From NCBI GenBank assembly GCA_946415755.1, contig CAMKTS010000002.1:63703-127702 (forward strand): DNA of 64,000 nt. The letters run 5' to 3'. The notes under the pieces are model-generated. The model saw only the letters and a program-made list of their open reading frames with translations, made no database searches and was not told the origin of the DNA. This DNA is from an uncultured Prevotella sp. (GTDB taxonomy: Bacteria; Bacteroidota; Bacteroidia; Bacteroidales; Bacteroidaceae). How positions within the stretch are numbered: the stretch's first letter is position 1; the number at the start of each line of letters is the position of its first letter. Below are positions 19,104 through 28,524 of this stretch, piece by piece. The translations under genes were made by a program, and so were the position numbers.

Positions 19104-19820
19104 ATGAAGTACGCCATCATAGCAGCAGGAGAGGGCAGCCGACTGAAGGCTGAGGGTATCAGCGACCCCAAGCCGCTGGTGAAGGTGGGCGGTGAGTGTC
19201 TCATCGACCGACTGATACGGATCTTTATGGACAACGATGCCGAGGAGATTATCTGCATCTGCAACGGCGATACGACCAGAGTAGCCAGTCATCTGGCAAC
19301 CTTGCAACGTGACGGACTGCGCGGTCGTCCCGTGCCGTTGCGCTTCCTTGTCAAGAGCACGCCGTCGTCAATGCACAGCTTCTTTGAAATCAGCAGCTAC
19401 CTGACCGACGGCCCCTTCGTGCTGACCACGGTGGACACCATCTTCCGTGAACGGGAGTTTGCCGCTTTCGTCAGCGACTTCCGCCATACCGGCTACGACG
19501 GACTGATGGGAGTCACCGACTATGTCGATGACGAGCGGCCGCTGTATGTGCAGACCGACGATAAGATGAACATCACGGGATTCTTCGACAGCCGGCACCA
19601 TTGCCGCTATGTCTCTGGCGGTATCTACGGTCTCACCACATCGGCCATCTTCACACTCAACAACTGTATCGCCCGCTCGGAGAGAAGGATGCGTAACTTC
19701 CAGCGAGCACTGATAGCCGATGGTCGACGGCTGCAGGCCTGGCCGTTCAGCAAGGTACTCGACATCGACCATGCCTCCGATATCCTACAGGCTGAACAGC
19801 TGCTGGCCTCCAACGTATAA
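19104..19820 (+). CDS. Sugar/inositol-phosphate nucleotidyltransferase family protein
   Basis: IIAAGEGSRL...PKPLV; DID near the C-terminus. Confidence 0.85.
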   Translation: MKYAIIAAGEGSRLKAEGISDPKPLVKVGGECLIDRLIRIFMDNDAEEIICICNGDTTRVASHLATLQRDGLRGRPVPLRFLVKSTPSSMHSFFEISSYLTDGPFVLTTVDTIFREREFAAFVSDFRHTGYDGLMGVTDYVDDERPLYVQTDDKMNITGFFDSRHHCRYVSGGIYGLTTSAIFTLNNCIARSERRMRNFQRALIADGRRLQAWPFSKVLDIDHASDILQAEQLLASNV

Positions 19821-19824
19821 ATAC

Positions 19825-19913
19825 AAAAAAAAACTAGGGATATCTCACGACATTCCTAGCTCTTTCTAACTAACTTATTATCAACTATTCATTACTCATT
19901 CTAAAACTTTTCC
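19825..19913 (-). ncRNA. Candidate ~90-nt small RNA (sRNA-1)
   Basis: Promoter TTTG(19947-50)-N21-TATCTTTG(19918-25) on minus; no ORF; ends in hairpin CTAGGAATGTC-GTGA-GATATCCCTAG plus T9. Confidence 0.6.
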
Positions 19914-19969
19914 GATGCAAAGATACACACAAAATCAATACGTTAGCAAAAAAAATAAGAAAAATAACA

Positions 19970-20009
19970 CGTAAACGTTTGCGAGATTGCGCATTTTTTT
20001 GTAACTTTG
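19970..20009 (+). promoter_or_regulatory. LacI-type operator overlapping the -33 box of the LacI-family gene promoter
   Basis: cGTAAACGTTTGCg near-palindrome (GnAAnCGnTTnC type) at 19970-19983; tttg 19978-81, N20, taactttg 20002-09. Confidence 0.6.
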
Positions 20010-20028
20010 CCACCGCTAACTACTAATT

Positions 20029-21057
20029 ATGAACAACAAGAAGTTACATCGTACCTCGTTAAAGGACCTCGCCAGAGAACTGAACGTCAGTATTGCTACC
20101 GTCAGCCGAGCCTTGCGCAGCTCTCCTGAAATCGGCAAGGAGATGCAGCAACGCGTAAAAGATCTGGCCAAGAAACTGAATTACCGCCCCAACCCCTTTG
20201 CCCAGAGTCTTCGCAAGGAGGCACCAAAGGTAATCGGTGTCGTGGTACCCAACCTTGTAACCCACTACTATGCTGCCGTGCTCGACGGTATCGAGGACGA
20301 GGCTCGTCGTGCCGGCTATAGCGTCATCAGTGCCAACAGCCATGAGCGTTTCGAGGATGAGATGCATGCTATCGACAACTTTATCAGCTTGCATGTAGAG
20401 GGCATCATTGCCTGTCTGGCGCAGACCACCACCGACTATCATCACTTTGAGGAGATTGCCGAGATGGGTATTCCGCTGGTGTTCTTCGGACGTACCTGTC
20501 TCACCGACCAGTTCTCGTGTGTCACGGCCAATGGCGACGAGGCCGCCCAGATGGCCACACAGCATCTGATAGATACCGGCAGCCGCCGCATCGCCTTCCT
20601 CGGTGGTCCTAACCACCTTGATATGGTGCGCCGCCGCAAGCACGGCTACCTGGAGGCACTGCGCGACAGCCGCATTCCCATCGACCGCGAGATGGTGGTT
20701 TGCGGAAAGATAGACTACAACGTAGCCCTTGAGGCTGCCGAGCAGCTGCTGCGCCGTGAGGACCGGCCCGATGCCATTCTGGCTTTCAACGATATCATCA
20801 CCTTTGCCGCCTTTACGGCCATCAAGAACTGTGGACTGCGCATTCCAGAGGATGTGGCACTCATCGGCTTTACCGACGATGTGCATGCCGCCTACGTCAC
20901 GCCGCGCATGTCGGCCATCGAGGACCAGTCGCACCTGATGGGTGTTACCGCCTGTCAGCTGCTGCTCAAGAGCATTGCAGGCGATGCGAAGGTGTATAAG
21001 GAGATAGTACCCCAGCAGTTGGTTATCCGCGACACGTCGGCAAAGAACCGGACGTAA
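20029..21057 (+). CDS. LacI-family transcriptional regulator
   Basis: HTH SLKDLARELNVSIATVSRAL; YRPNPFAQSL; RIPEDVALIGF. Confidence 0.95.
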   Translation: MNNKKLHRTSLKDLARELNVSIATVSRALRSSPEIGKEMQQRVKDLAKKLNYRPNPFAQSLRKEAPKVIGVVVPNLVTHYYAAVLDGIEDEARRAGYSVISANSHERFEDEMHAIDNFISLHVEGIIACLAQTTTDYHHFEEIAEMGIPLVFFGRTCLTDQFSCVTANGDEAAQMATQHLIDTGSRRIAFLGGPNHLDMVRRRKHGYLEALRDSRIPIDREMVVCGKIDYNVALEAAEQLLRREDRPDAILAFNDIITFAAFTAIKNCGLRIPEDVALIGFTDDVHAAYVTPRMSAIEDQSHLMGVTACQLLLKSIAGDAKVYKEIVPQQLVIRDTSAKNRT

Positions 21058-21085
21058 GGCGGTCGTTTTTGAAATAGCAGAAGCT

Positions 21086-21787
21086 GTGAATACCAGAATA
21101 CTGAGCGGGAGCGTACTCAAGCTGTTGGCCGTCGTCACGATGGGCATCGACCATCTGGCATTGTTCCTGCTATCCCGTCAGGAAGCCTTTGTTGCCCCCG
21201 CTATTACTGTTTTGGGCAAAGGCATCAGCTACTATTTCCTGATGCGCTGTATCGGTAGACTCGCCTTTCCGCTGTTCGCCTTCTTGCTGGTGGAGGGTTT
21301 TCTCCATACGCGCGACCGTGTGAGGTATGGCATCAACCTGTTTGTCTTTGCGCTGATTTCCGAAATCCCCTGGGTGCTGTTGCATAGCGGCACGCTGCGC
21401 CTTACCGGCCATAATGTGATGTTCACCTTGTTGCTGGGCTTCTTCGCACTCTATGCGATAGAACAGTACCGGCAAACCAATCCGAAGCGGTTGACAGCCA
21501 TCCTGTTGGGACTGTTATGTTTCTCATTCCTTTTCAGAGCCGACTACAACGGTTCCGGCTTTGCCTTCATCGTCATGCTCTATGCCCTGCGCCGCCACCT
21601 GCTGCTGAGTGCTGTCATCGGCAGCTGTATGTTGCCGATGAAGTGGATGGCAGGGCTGGCCTTCATCCCCATCAGCATGTACAATGGCAAGCGTGGCTTC
21701 ATCCATGGCATCATCGCCAAATACAGCTTTTATGCGTTCTATCCGGCTCATCTGATGCTCATCTACTGGATACTCACGCATTCGTAG
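21086..21787 (+). CDS. TraX-family membrane protein (putative acyltransferase)
   Basis: LKLLAVVTMGIDH, GRLAFPLFAFLLVEGF.HT, ISEIP, NVMFTL, YNGKRG, FYAFYPAHL. Confidence 0.8.
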   Translation: MNTRILSGSVLKLLAVVTMGIDHLALFLLSRQEAFVAPAITVLGKGISYYFLMRCIGRLAFPLFAFLLVEGFLHTRDRVRYGINLFVFALISEIPWVLLHSGTLRLTGHNVMFTLLLGFFALYAIEQYRQTNPKRLTAILLGLLCFSFLFRADYNGSGFAFIVMLYALRRHLLLSAVIGSCMLPMKWMAGLAFIPISMYNGKRGFIHGIIAKYSFYAFYPAHLMLIYWILTHS

Positions 21788-21964
21788 GATGCAAAGACTG
21801 GTGTGTCTGTTGTCAACGGGGCTGTAACCTTTAGTGATGATGTTACATTTGAGAAAGTTTTTGACACTTTTCGCAAAGCATATATATAATTTGTTTAGTA
21901 ACTTTGCACCCAAAATGACAAAACTTATTAATTTCACTTTATTATTAACTAACAAATTAACGTT

Positions 21965-22921
21965 ATGAAGAAATTTTTTACGCTTATTGCAATGGCCTTG
22001 ATGGCCGTGAGTGCTAACGCACAAGCTGAAACCGACATCGCTCTTGATGCTGCTGCCTGGAGCTGGGGATGGAATTCATCGGTAGCTGTTGATGAAGGTG
22101 TGATGACAGTAACACTGACTGGTGATTATGGTGCTGCTGGTACTGGATGGGATCCCGTACAAGACTGGTCTGGCTATGCCAAGATTTGTGTTGTGTTTGA
22201 AAGCTACACCGGTGGCTGGGGACAGTTGGTTCTGAAGTTCAGCGATGATACTGAAATTACGCAGTCTTTTGGTGAAATGACTTCCCAGAAAACGATTACT
22301 TTGGATTTTGAAGGCAATGCAAAAGCTACTGGCGTGAGGCAGTTCTCTATTCAGGGAGGAACTAGTAATCCCGTGATAAAAGTAAGCCGCGTTTATCTTG
22401 TGGAGAAGCTGGAATATCAGGAGCCTGTTAGTGTCAACTTTGATGCGGAGTCTGGTTTTATTCCTGCTGAGAATCTCACCTCTTTCACTGATGCTGCCAA
22501 GGTTGAGTTTACCGTGAATGCTACAGGTGAGACGCTATCGAAGTATTATGGCTGGGGAATTGGTAAGATTGAGAGTGCCAATGCTGCCATCGATGCCCTG
22601 GATTACGCTTTGAAGAATGAGGGTGACAACGTGTATGTTACCACAATCAAAGAATTGCGCCCTGCTCTTGAGGCAGATGCTCCCGAAAATGGTGTAAAGG
22701 GTCTTAACTGGGTAATGTGGGGCCAAGGTGGAAGTGAAGGCAATGTCTTTGTCCGTAAGAGCATCACGGTCTATGAAGTGAAGGGTGCTTCCACCGCTAT
22801 CAGCGCTGTGAAGACTGTCAACACTCAGAATGCTGTTCGCTACAACCTCGCTGGTCAGAAGGTAGATGCTGCTTACAAGGGTGTTGTGATCGAGAATGGT
22901 AAGAAATTCGTGGTGAAGTAA
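21965..22921 (+). CDS. Secreted protein with possible carbohydrate-binding beta-sandwich domains and a Prevotella-type C-terminal secretion tail
   Basis: Signal peptide MKKFFTL...ANA; Trp-rich body; tail TAISAVK...YNLAGQKVDAAYKGVVIENGKKFVVK. Confidence 0.75.
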   Translation: MKKFFTLIAMALMAVSANAQAETDIALDAAAWSWGWNSSVAVDEGVMTVTLTGDYGAAGTGWDPVQDWSGYAKICVVFESYTGGWGQLVLKFSDDTEITQSFGEMTSQKTITLDFEGNAKATGVRQFSIQGGTSNPVIKVSRVYLVEKLEYQEPVSVNFDAESGFIPAENLTSFTDAAKVEFTVNATGETLSKYYGWGIGKIESANAAIDALDYALKNEGDNVYVTTIKELRPALEADAPENGVKGLNWVMWGQGGSEGNVFVRKSITVYEVKGASTAISAVKTVNTQNAVRYNLAGQKVDAAYKGVVIENGKKFVVK

Positions 22922-22959
22922 GGACAACCACTGTTAACTAACTTTATAACTATAGAAAG

Positions 22960-22986
22960 GTGGCGGCTCCGCAATGGGGCCGCCAC
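22960..22986. terminator. Hairpin terminator between convergent genes
   Basis: gtggcggctcc-gcaat-ggggccgccac. Confidence 0.7.
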
Positions 22987-23009
22987 ACTTATTTCTTCTG
23001 GTTTTATTC

Positions 23010-24320
23010 TCAGTTTTTGTAGAACTTGCGGTCTACCTTGCCGTTGTAGGTGCGCTTGACGGCATCCACACGCTCATAGAGCAGAGGCACCTTGTAGGCT
23101 TCGAGCCTCGACTTGAGGTGGCGGGCGATGACCTTTTTGTCCAAGGGACCATCGCCGTCGGTCACCACGAGCAGCTTCAGGGCATGCTCCATGATAGGAT
23201 GGGGCACGGAGATGCAGATACAGTCCTTCACGCAGGGCAGCGACATGGCAGCATCTTCCACCTCGGTGGGGGCTACCTTGTAGCCGCCGATGTTGATGAC
23301 ATCGCTCTCACGCCCCGACAGGCGTAGCATGCCCTCCTCGTCGATGTGGCCGATATCGGAGGTGTAGACGGTGTCGTTGCGCAATATGGTGGCCGTCAGC
23401 TCTGGGTCGTTGATGTAGCCGCTGCACAATGTGTCACCCTGACAGGAGATAAGCCCCTCGGGGGTGATGATGATGCGCGAATGGCTCATGGGGCGACCCA
23501 GACAACCCTGCATACAGCGGCCGTCGTTGAAGTCGTAGGTCGAGATGATGCCCGTCTCAGTAGAGGCGTAGGTGTTGTACATGCGGGTGTTGGGCAGCAG
23601 TTCGCAGAGGCGCAGCATGTCGGCATGAGCCAGCGGGGCACCGCCCGACTCGATGAAGTCAATCTTATTGGCATAGGCTGACAGCCGCTCGGCGCAGAAC
23701 TGCATGAGCATGCGGATGGTGGCAGGCACGAAGAAGGTGGCCACCTTGGAGGCCGGATAGTCGAGGGCACGGAAGAAGGCATTGACATCCTTCATGCCGT
23801 CGATGATGTAGAGTGTAGCACCGAGCAAGATGACGGGATAAATCTTCGACAGGCTGCCAATGTGGTTCAGCGGACCGTTGATAATAAACAGCAGGTCGTG
23901 GCTGAACAGTTGGCCCTCAATCAGGTTCTCGGCATCGGCCACGATGGTGCGGTGACTGATGATGACACCCTTCGACCGACCGGTGGTGCCGGTGGTGTAG
24001 AGGATGTCGGCAATGCCGAAGGTGCCACCCTCAGGGGGCGTAGACAGCGAGTCGCTGATTTCGCGGTATAGCTCATCGGGCGTGTTCTTCTCCAACGGTG
24101 CCGCCACGCTGCCTGCCAGATGGATGGCAAAGTAGGTGACGAGGAAGTCGATGGTCTGTGTAGCCCGGAAAGTGATGATGCGGCCGGCAGGATACAAAGT
24201 GGCACGCTCGCAGACGCGACGGTACAGTTCCCTATAGGTGACCGTCTCGTCATCGCAGATGACAGCCGGCTTGTCAGGATAGCGTTCCGCATCCTGGCGC
24301 AGGTAGTCTTCGAGTGTCAT
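23010..24320 (-). CDS. AMP-dependent acyl-CoA/acyl-ACP ligase
   Basis: YTTGTTGRSKG, SGGAPL, YASTET, YTSDIG, GRESDVINIGG, GKVDR. Confidence 0.9.
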   Translation of the reverse strand: MTLEDYLRQDAERYPDKPAVICDDETVTYRELYRRVCERATLYPAGRIITFRATQTIDFLVTYFAIHLAGSVAAPLEKNTPDELYREISDSLSTPPEGGTFGIADILYTTGTTGRSKGVIISHRTIVADAENLIEGQLFSHDLLFIINGPLNHIGSLSKIYPVILLGATLYIIDGMKDVNAFFRALDYPASKVATFFVPATIRMLMQFCAERLSAYANKIDFIESGGAPLAHADMLRLCELLPNTRMYNTYASTETGIISTYDFNDGRCMQGCLGRPMSHSRIIITPEGLISCQGDTLCSGYINDPELTATILRNDTVYTSDIGHIDEEGMLRLSGRESDVINIGGYKVAPTEVEDAAMSLPCVKDCICISVPHPIMEHALKLLVVTDGDGPLDKKVIARHLKSRLEAYKVPLLYERVDAVKRTYNGKVDRKFYKN

Positions 24321-24541
24321 ACGGCTTTGAGCTTGTTTTCTACCATCGCCACCAGGCTGTCGAGCGATTTGAGGTTCTTGGGTGTGGCATCGGCAGCATC
24401 CAGCTGGATGCCGTACTCATCGGAGAGCGTCATCAGGATGGTGGTGACCCCTAAGGAGTCGAGTTCGCTGAACAGGAAATCAGAGTCAAGGTCTACCAGC
24501 GGTAGCGCGTCTTCTAATAGTTGGCGGATTCTTTCTTTCAT
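24317..24541 (-). CDS. Acyl carrier protein (third ACP, coupled to the ligase)
   Basis: 74 aa, acidic, LDSL phosphopantetheine motif; overlaps the ligase start. Confidence 0.85.
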   Translation of the reverse strand: MKERIRQLLEDALPLVDLDSDFLFSELDSLGVTTILMTLSDEYGIQLDAADATPKNLKSLDSLVAMVENKLKAV

Positions 24542-24583
24542 ATTACTGTTTTTTTTAATGGGTTTTATAGGGTAAATGGATAT

Positions 24584-27343
24584 TTATGGATTTGACAGGG
24601 TGATGGTGAGGTTGGGAGCGATCCCTTCGGCGGCATAGCGGGCCACACAGCAACGGTCGGCATCGGCCATAACGGCATCAACGCGGATGTCGCTATGCGT
24701 GAGTGCCAGCAGGAGGGCTGTCTCACCCCATCCCTCGTCGGTGATGGTGAGGTGGCCGTCGGCAGGAACAGGCAATTCCTGCGGATGCTTACGCCAGTAG
24801 CGCAGACGGCGGTTGACGGCCGTGGCAATCTCCACGCCACGGTAGCGGTAGCGGTCGGCTACGAAGGCCGACGGTCTCTTGTCGGCTCCCAGCAGCAGGT
24901 TGCGCAGCGTCAGCGGACGGCGGCGGTAGCCCTTGCGGTCGGCCACTATCCAGCGGTAGATGAGCGGTGGGAAGATCCACGCCATGAGCACTACGGAGAA
25001 CATGCCGACGATAGTCACCTCGGCCAGGGAGCGGAGGGCAGGATGTTGCGCCACGATGAGTGTGCCGATGCCGATGAACATGATGAGCGCAGAGAGGATG
25101 ATGGAGTGCTTGTACGAGGCCAGCATCTTACGACGATAGGCGTATTCGTAGCAGGCTCCCTCGGTCATAAAGATGGTGTAGTCGTCGCCCTGACCGAAGA
25201 TGAAGGTGGCCAGGATGACGTTGACAATATTGAACTGCATGCCCAGAAGGGCCATCAGTCCGAGGATCCACAGCCAGCTGACGGCCATCGGCAGGAAGGA
25301 GAGCATGGCCAGCTCGATATTGCCCAATGAGAACCAGAGGAAGATGAATACGATGAATCCGCAGGCCAAGCCGATGTAGTTGAAGTCATCGGACAGGCGG
25401 TTGGCCATCGCGCTGTTCATGCTGCTCATATTGAAGCTGTAGGTCAGCGAGTCGCTGTTATTGAGGAGCTGGCGCACGTGGTCGGTATGTGCAGCAGGCG
25501 TGGTGAGGACATCGACCACCTCGCCTTGGTGGCTGCCCGACAGCAGGGAGGGAACATCCGCCGGCGACCATTCTTCCACCGGCGTGGTAAGGATGTCGCG
25601 GAACTCGTCGAAAGAATGGGATGCAAAGCCAGCATGGAGGGCGGCAGCGTCAAGGGCAGTCAACAGATTGTCGCGATGGTGGGCTGTCCATGTATTCCAG
25701 CGGTCGATGCGCCGTTGCCGCTCGGCCTTAGAACAATGGAACTGGCGGTTGTCAGCAATATGGTCTACGTAACCGGAGTCGCGCAGGGCCTCATAGAGGG
25801 GATGAAGGGCAGCACTGTGGTCGAGGGCGGCATCTTGCGTTCTGTCGGTCATCAGGACATACACCTTCTGCTCGGCGGCAGAGCCGGTCATCATTTTCTG
25901 GAAGTAGACCATGTCGGCCTTCTGCTCGTCGGTCATATAGTTGATGTGGCTCATATTGGCATCGAAGGTGGTCTGCATGCTGAACCAGCCGAAGACGAGG
26001 GTGAGCACGATAACGGGAATGACCACCCACGGCTTGTCATCGAGGGTGATATGGCCTATCCGGTGCAGGAAGGTATTGCTGGTCTGGCGGCTGTCCTTGC
26101 GGGCGGCATGCGGCAGGTAGAGCAATACGAAGAGGATGGTGCCGATGAGCAGCAGGGAACTGAACAGTCCCAGGTCGCGCAGGGCCACCGACTGCAGGGG
26201 CACCAGTGTCAGGAAGGCTCCTACGGTGGTGATGTTGCCGATGAGCAATGGCATGACGATGTCTTTCAGCGAGCTGCGCATATCGCCGGCATGTGCCAGG
26301 TGGTCGATGAGGTGCAGCGGGTAGTTGACGGCAATGCCCAGAATGACCGATGAGATGCCGATAACGATGATGGACACATCGTTGTGGAGCAGCGATACAC
26401 CGCCCATGGCGAAGAGCCATCCCCAGCCGATGGACACGATGATGAGCAGCAGGTTGCGCACGTTACGCAGCGAGAAGTAGAGCAACAGTACGATGAGCAC
26501 CACGGCAAGGGCCACGGAGAGCATGCTGTCGGTCTTGATCTGGTTGGCATTGCTCACAGCGATGACAGGACCGCCCGTATAGTGGATGCTGACGGCCGGT
26601 GACTGCTCCGCCACACTGGCTGCCACGCTGTCGAGCATGGTGAGCAGGCGGGCATTGTGTACCGTTTCGCTGGCTCCGTAGGGAGAACCAAGGATGACAA
26701 TGGCACGGCTGAGGTCTGGTGAGAAGATGTAGCCGTCGTACAGTTCATAGCTGATGCCTGACTGCGACTGTTGCAACTGTGACACGACGGGTGTAAAAAG
26801 GTTGAGGGGGTCGCGCTGGATGTTCTCCGACAGCAGACCACTGGCGGGAAACAGCAGCATCTGCTTGTCTTGTTCCAATTGCTGAAGGGCATAGCCTGGC
26901 TGACTGAGCACGCTATCCATACGGGCATAGTCATCCTCGGTCAGGAAATAAGGGATATGGTGGTAGGTGTAGTCCATCACCTCAGTCATCTTCGAGAGGT
27001 CTACCTGTGCCATGACATCACGGATGACATGCGCCGTATCGTATGACGGCAGTACCTCAAGGAAGGTCTCTATGGCCGAGACAAGGTCATCGGGGCTGGC
27101 AGCCTCTGCCGTGTCACGACTCTGGAAGATGGCCAGCAGGCGGTTAGCTCCCGCCTCGTTCTGATAGACGCGAACTGCCCGCTGGTGACGGGCATCCAGC
27201 GGCAGGAACTCGGAAATGTCCTCCTTATAGCCCAGCTGCAGCAACAGCCATACCAAGGCAGATGACAACACTAGAAAGGAGAGCAGGCGCAGCGTGCCAT
27301 GCTTCCTCAGGTAGTCGTATATGCTCAGTATGAAGTCGGTCAT
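24584..27343 (-). CDS. MMPL-family exporter with a degenerate methyltransferase-like tail
   Basis: Two TM bundles; GIAVNYPLH; GQGDDYTIFM; tail YRYRGVEI...DEGWGETALLLAL. Confidence 0.88.
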   Translation of the reverse strand: MTDFILSIYDYLRKHGTLRLLSFLVLSSALVWLLLQLGYKEDISEFLPLDARHQRAVRVYQNEAGANRLLAIFQSRDTAEAASPDDLVSAIETFLEVLPSYDTAHVIRDVMAQVDLSKMTEVMDYTYHHIPYFLTEDDYARMDSVLSQPGYALQQLEQDKQMLLFPASGLLSENIQRDPLNLFTPVVSQLQQSQSGISYELYDGYIFSPDLSRAIVILGSPYGASETVHNARLLTMLDSVAASVAEQSPAVSIHYTGGPVIAVSNANQIKTDSMLSVALAVVLIVLLLYFSLRNVRNLLLIIVSIGWGWLFAMGGVSLLHNDVSIIVIGISSVILGIAVNYPLHLIDHLAHAGDMRSSLKDIVMPLLIGNITTVGAFLTLVPLQSVALRDLGLFSSLLLIGTILFVLLYLPHAARKDSRQTSNTFLHRIGHITLDDKPWVVIPVIVLTLVFGWFSMQTTFDANMSHINYMTDEQKADMVYFQKMMTGSAAEQKVYVLMTDRTQDAALDHSAALHPLYEALRDSGYVDHIADNRQFHCSKAERQRRIDRWNTWTAHHRDNLLTALDAAALHAGFASHSFDEFRDILTTPVEEWSPADVPSLLSGSHQGEVVDVLTTPAAHTDHVRQLLNNSDSLTYSFNMSSMNSAMANRLSDDFNYIGLACGFIVFIFLWFSLGNIELAMLSFLPMAVSWLWILGLMALLGMQFNIVNVILATFIFGQGDDYTIFMTEGACYEYAYRRKMLASYKHSIILSALIMFIGIGTLIVAQHPALRSLAEVTIVGMFSVVLMAWIFPPLIYRWIVADRKGYRRRPLTLRNLLLGADKRPSAFVADRYRYRGVEIATAVNRRLRYWRKHPQELPVPADGHLTITDEGWGETALLLALTHSDIRVDAVMADADRCCVARYAAEGIAPNLTITLSNP

Positions 27344-27349
27344 CGGATA

Positions 27350-28501
27350 TCAGAGAGGCAGACTTTGCTTGCTGTTGATGGGGTTGGCATAGATGCCCAG
27401 GAAGATGTCCTTCAGCTGGTCGATGTCACAAGTGTCGTACTTCTCCAGAGTGTTGAGACGCTTGATGAAGGCCTCGCGCTGCTGCTGTGTGTAGTAGCTC
27501 TGGTAGCGCGTGCTGCCATAGCGCAAGTCGTGGGCAATGTAGTTGTTGGGGTACAAGCGGTAGGCGCTGTTGATACGACGGTCAATCAGTTGGGCTACGG
27601 CCTTGTGGTACTCGTTGTTGGTAAGGTCGCTGAAGGCACTCAGCTCTACGGCAGTAATCGGACGGCAAATCTCGAAATGCACGCGACCCTTGAACTGCAG
27701 CACACCGGTGAGGATGCTGTTCAAATCCTCGCCAGGTTTCTTAGTGTACTTGGCATACTGCGACTCATACAGCTCCAGCGTCTTCAGAATGTCGCACGAC
27801 TCCCACTCATAGGAGACGGAGACCGGCACGATGTGCAGGTCGTCGAGGGCTTTCACCTTATTGTCGGGTTCGCTCATGCAGAACATCTTGATGATGCCCT
27901 GATCGGTAGCGTCGCAGCCGTCCTTCGTGCGGCCGTTGCGTTGGGCAATCCATACCGACTGGTGCTTCTCCTGAATGACATAGCGCATGTATTCCGACAG
28001 GTGCAGCGAGGCGCGGTAGAAGTCCTTGATGTTACCGCCGGGACGCTCCACCTTGAACATCTTGTTGCACTTGCCGATGTCAATGACCAGCTGGTTGACC
28101 ATCAGGTTGGCTCCGAAGGTAATCTCGCTGGTGTCGAAACCGCCCTTGACAAACGAATACTGCAGCAGACTGGAGTCGAGCATGATGTCGCGGTGGTTGG
28201 AGACGTAGAGGTATGACTCATTAGGGTCGAGACGCTCCAAACCGGAACAGCTGAATTCGGAGATGCTTTCATCGATGACGCGCTGGTTGACCATCTTCAT
28301 CGTCTCTTCCTGGAAATGGCGGACGGTGCGGTAGCCAGCGATACGTTTGCGTACATCCTCCAAGGGCATGTCAGGATAGACATACGAGGCGATGATGGGG
28401 AACGAGGTGCTGTTGGCGATACGCTGCATGGCATCGGGTATCTCGTCTTCATAGTACGGACGGATGTCATCGAACTTGGGATTCTTCTTAATCGTTTGCA
28501 T
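27350..28501 (-). CDS. Glycerol-phosphate/lysophospholipid acyltransferase family protein
   Basis: SNHRDIMLD, WIAQRNGRTKDG.D.T, VPVSVSYE. Confidence 0.85.
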   Translation of the reverse strand: MQTIKKNPKFDDIRPYYEDEIPDAMQRIANSTSFPIIASYVYPDMPLEDVRKRIAGYRTVRHFQEETMKMVNQRVIDESISEFSCSGLERLDPNESYLYVSNHRDIMLDSSLLQYSFVKGGFDTSEITFGANLMVNQLVIDIGKCNKMFKVERPGGNIKDFYRASLHLSEYMRYVIQEKHQSVWIAQRNGRTKDGCDATDQGIIKMFCMSEPDNKVKALDDLHIVPVSVSYEWESCDILKTLELYESQYAKYTKKPGEDLNSILTGVLQFKGRVHFEICRPITAVELSAFSDLTNNEYHKAVAQLIDRRINSAYRLYPNNYIAHDLRYGSTRYQSYYTQQQREAFIKRLNTLEKYDTCDIDQLKDIFLGIYANPINSKQSLPL

Positions 28502-28524
28502 GGGTATTGTAAGGATATTCTGAA

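Noticed and set aside
21086-21787. TraX-family gene as evidence of a conjugative element
   Set aside because: No other tra, mob or integrase genes; stand-alone TraX-like proteins are common on chromosomes.
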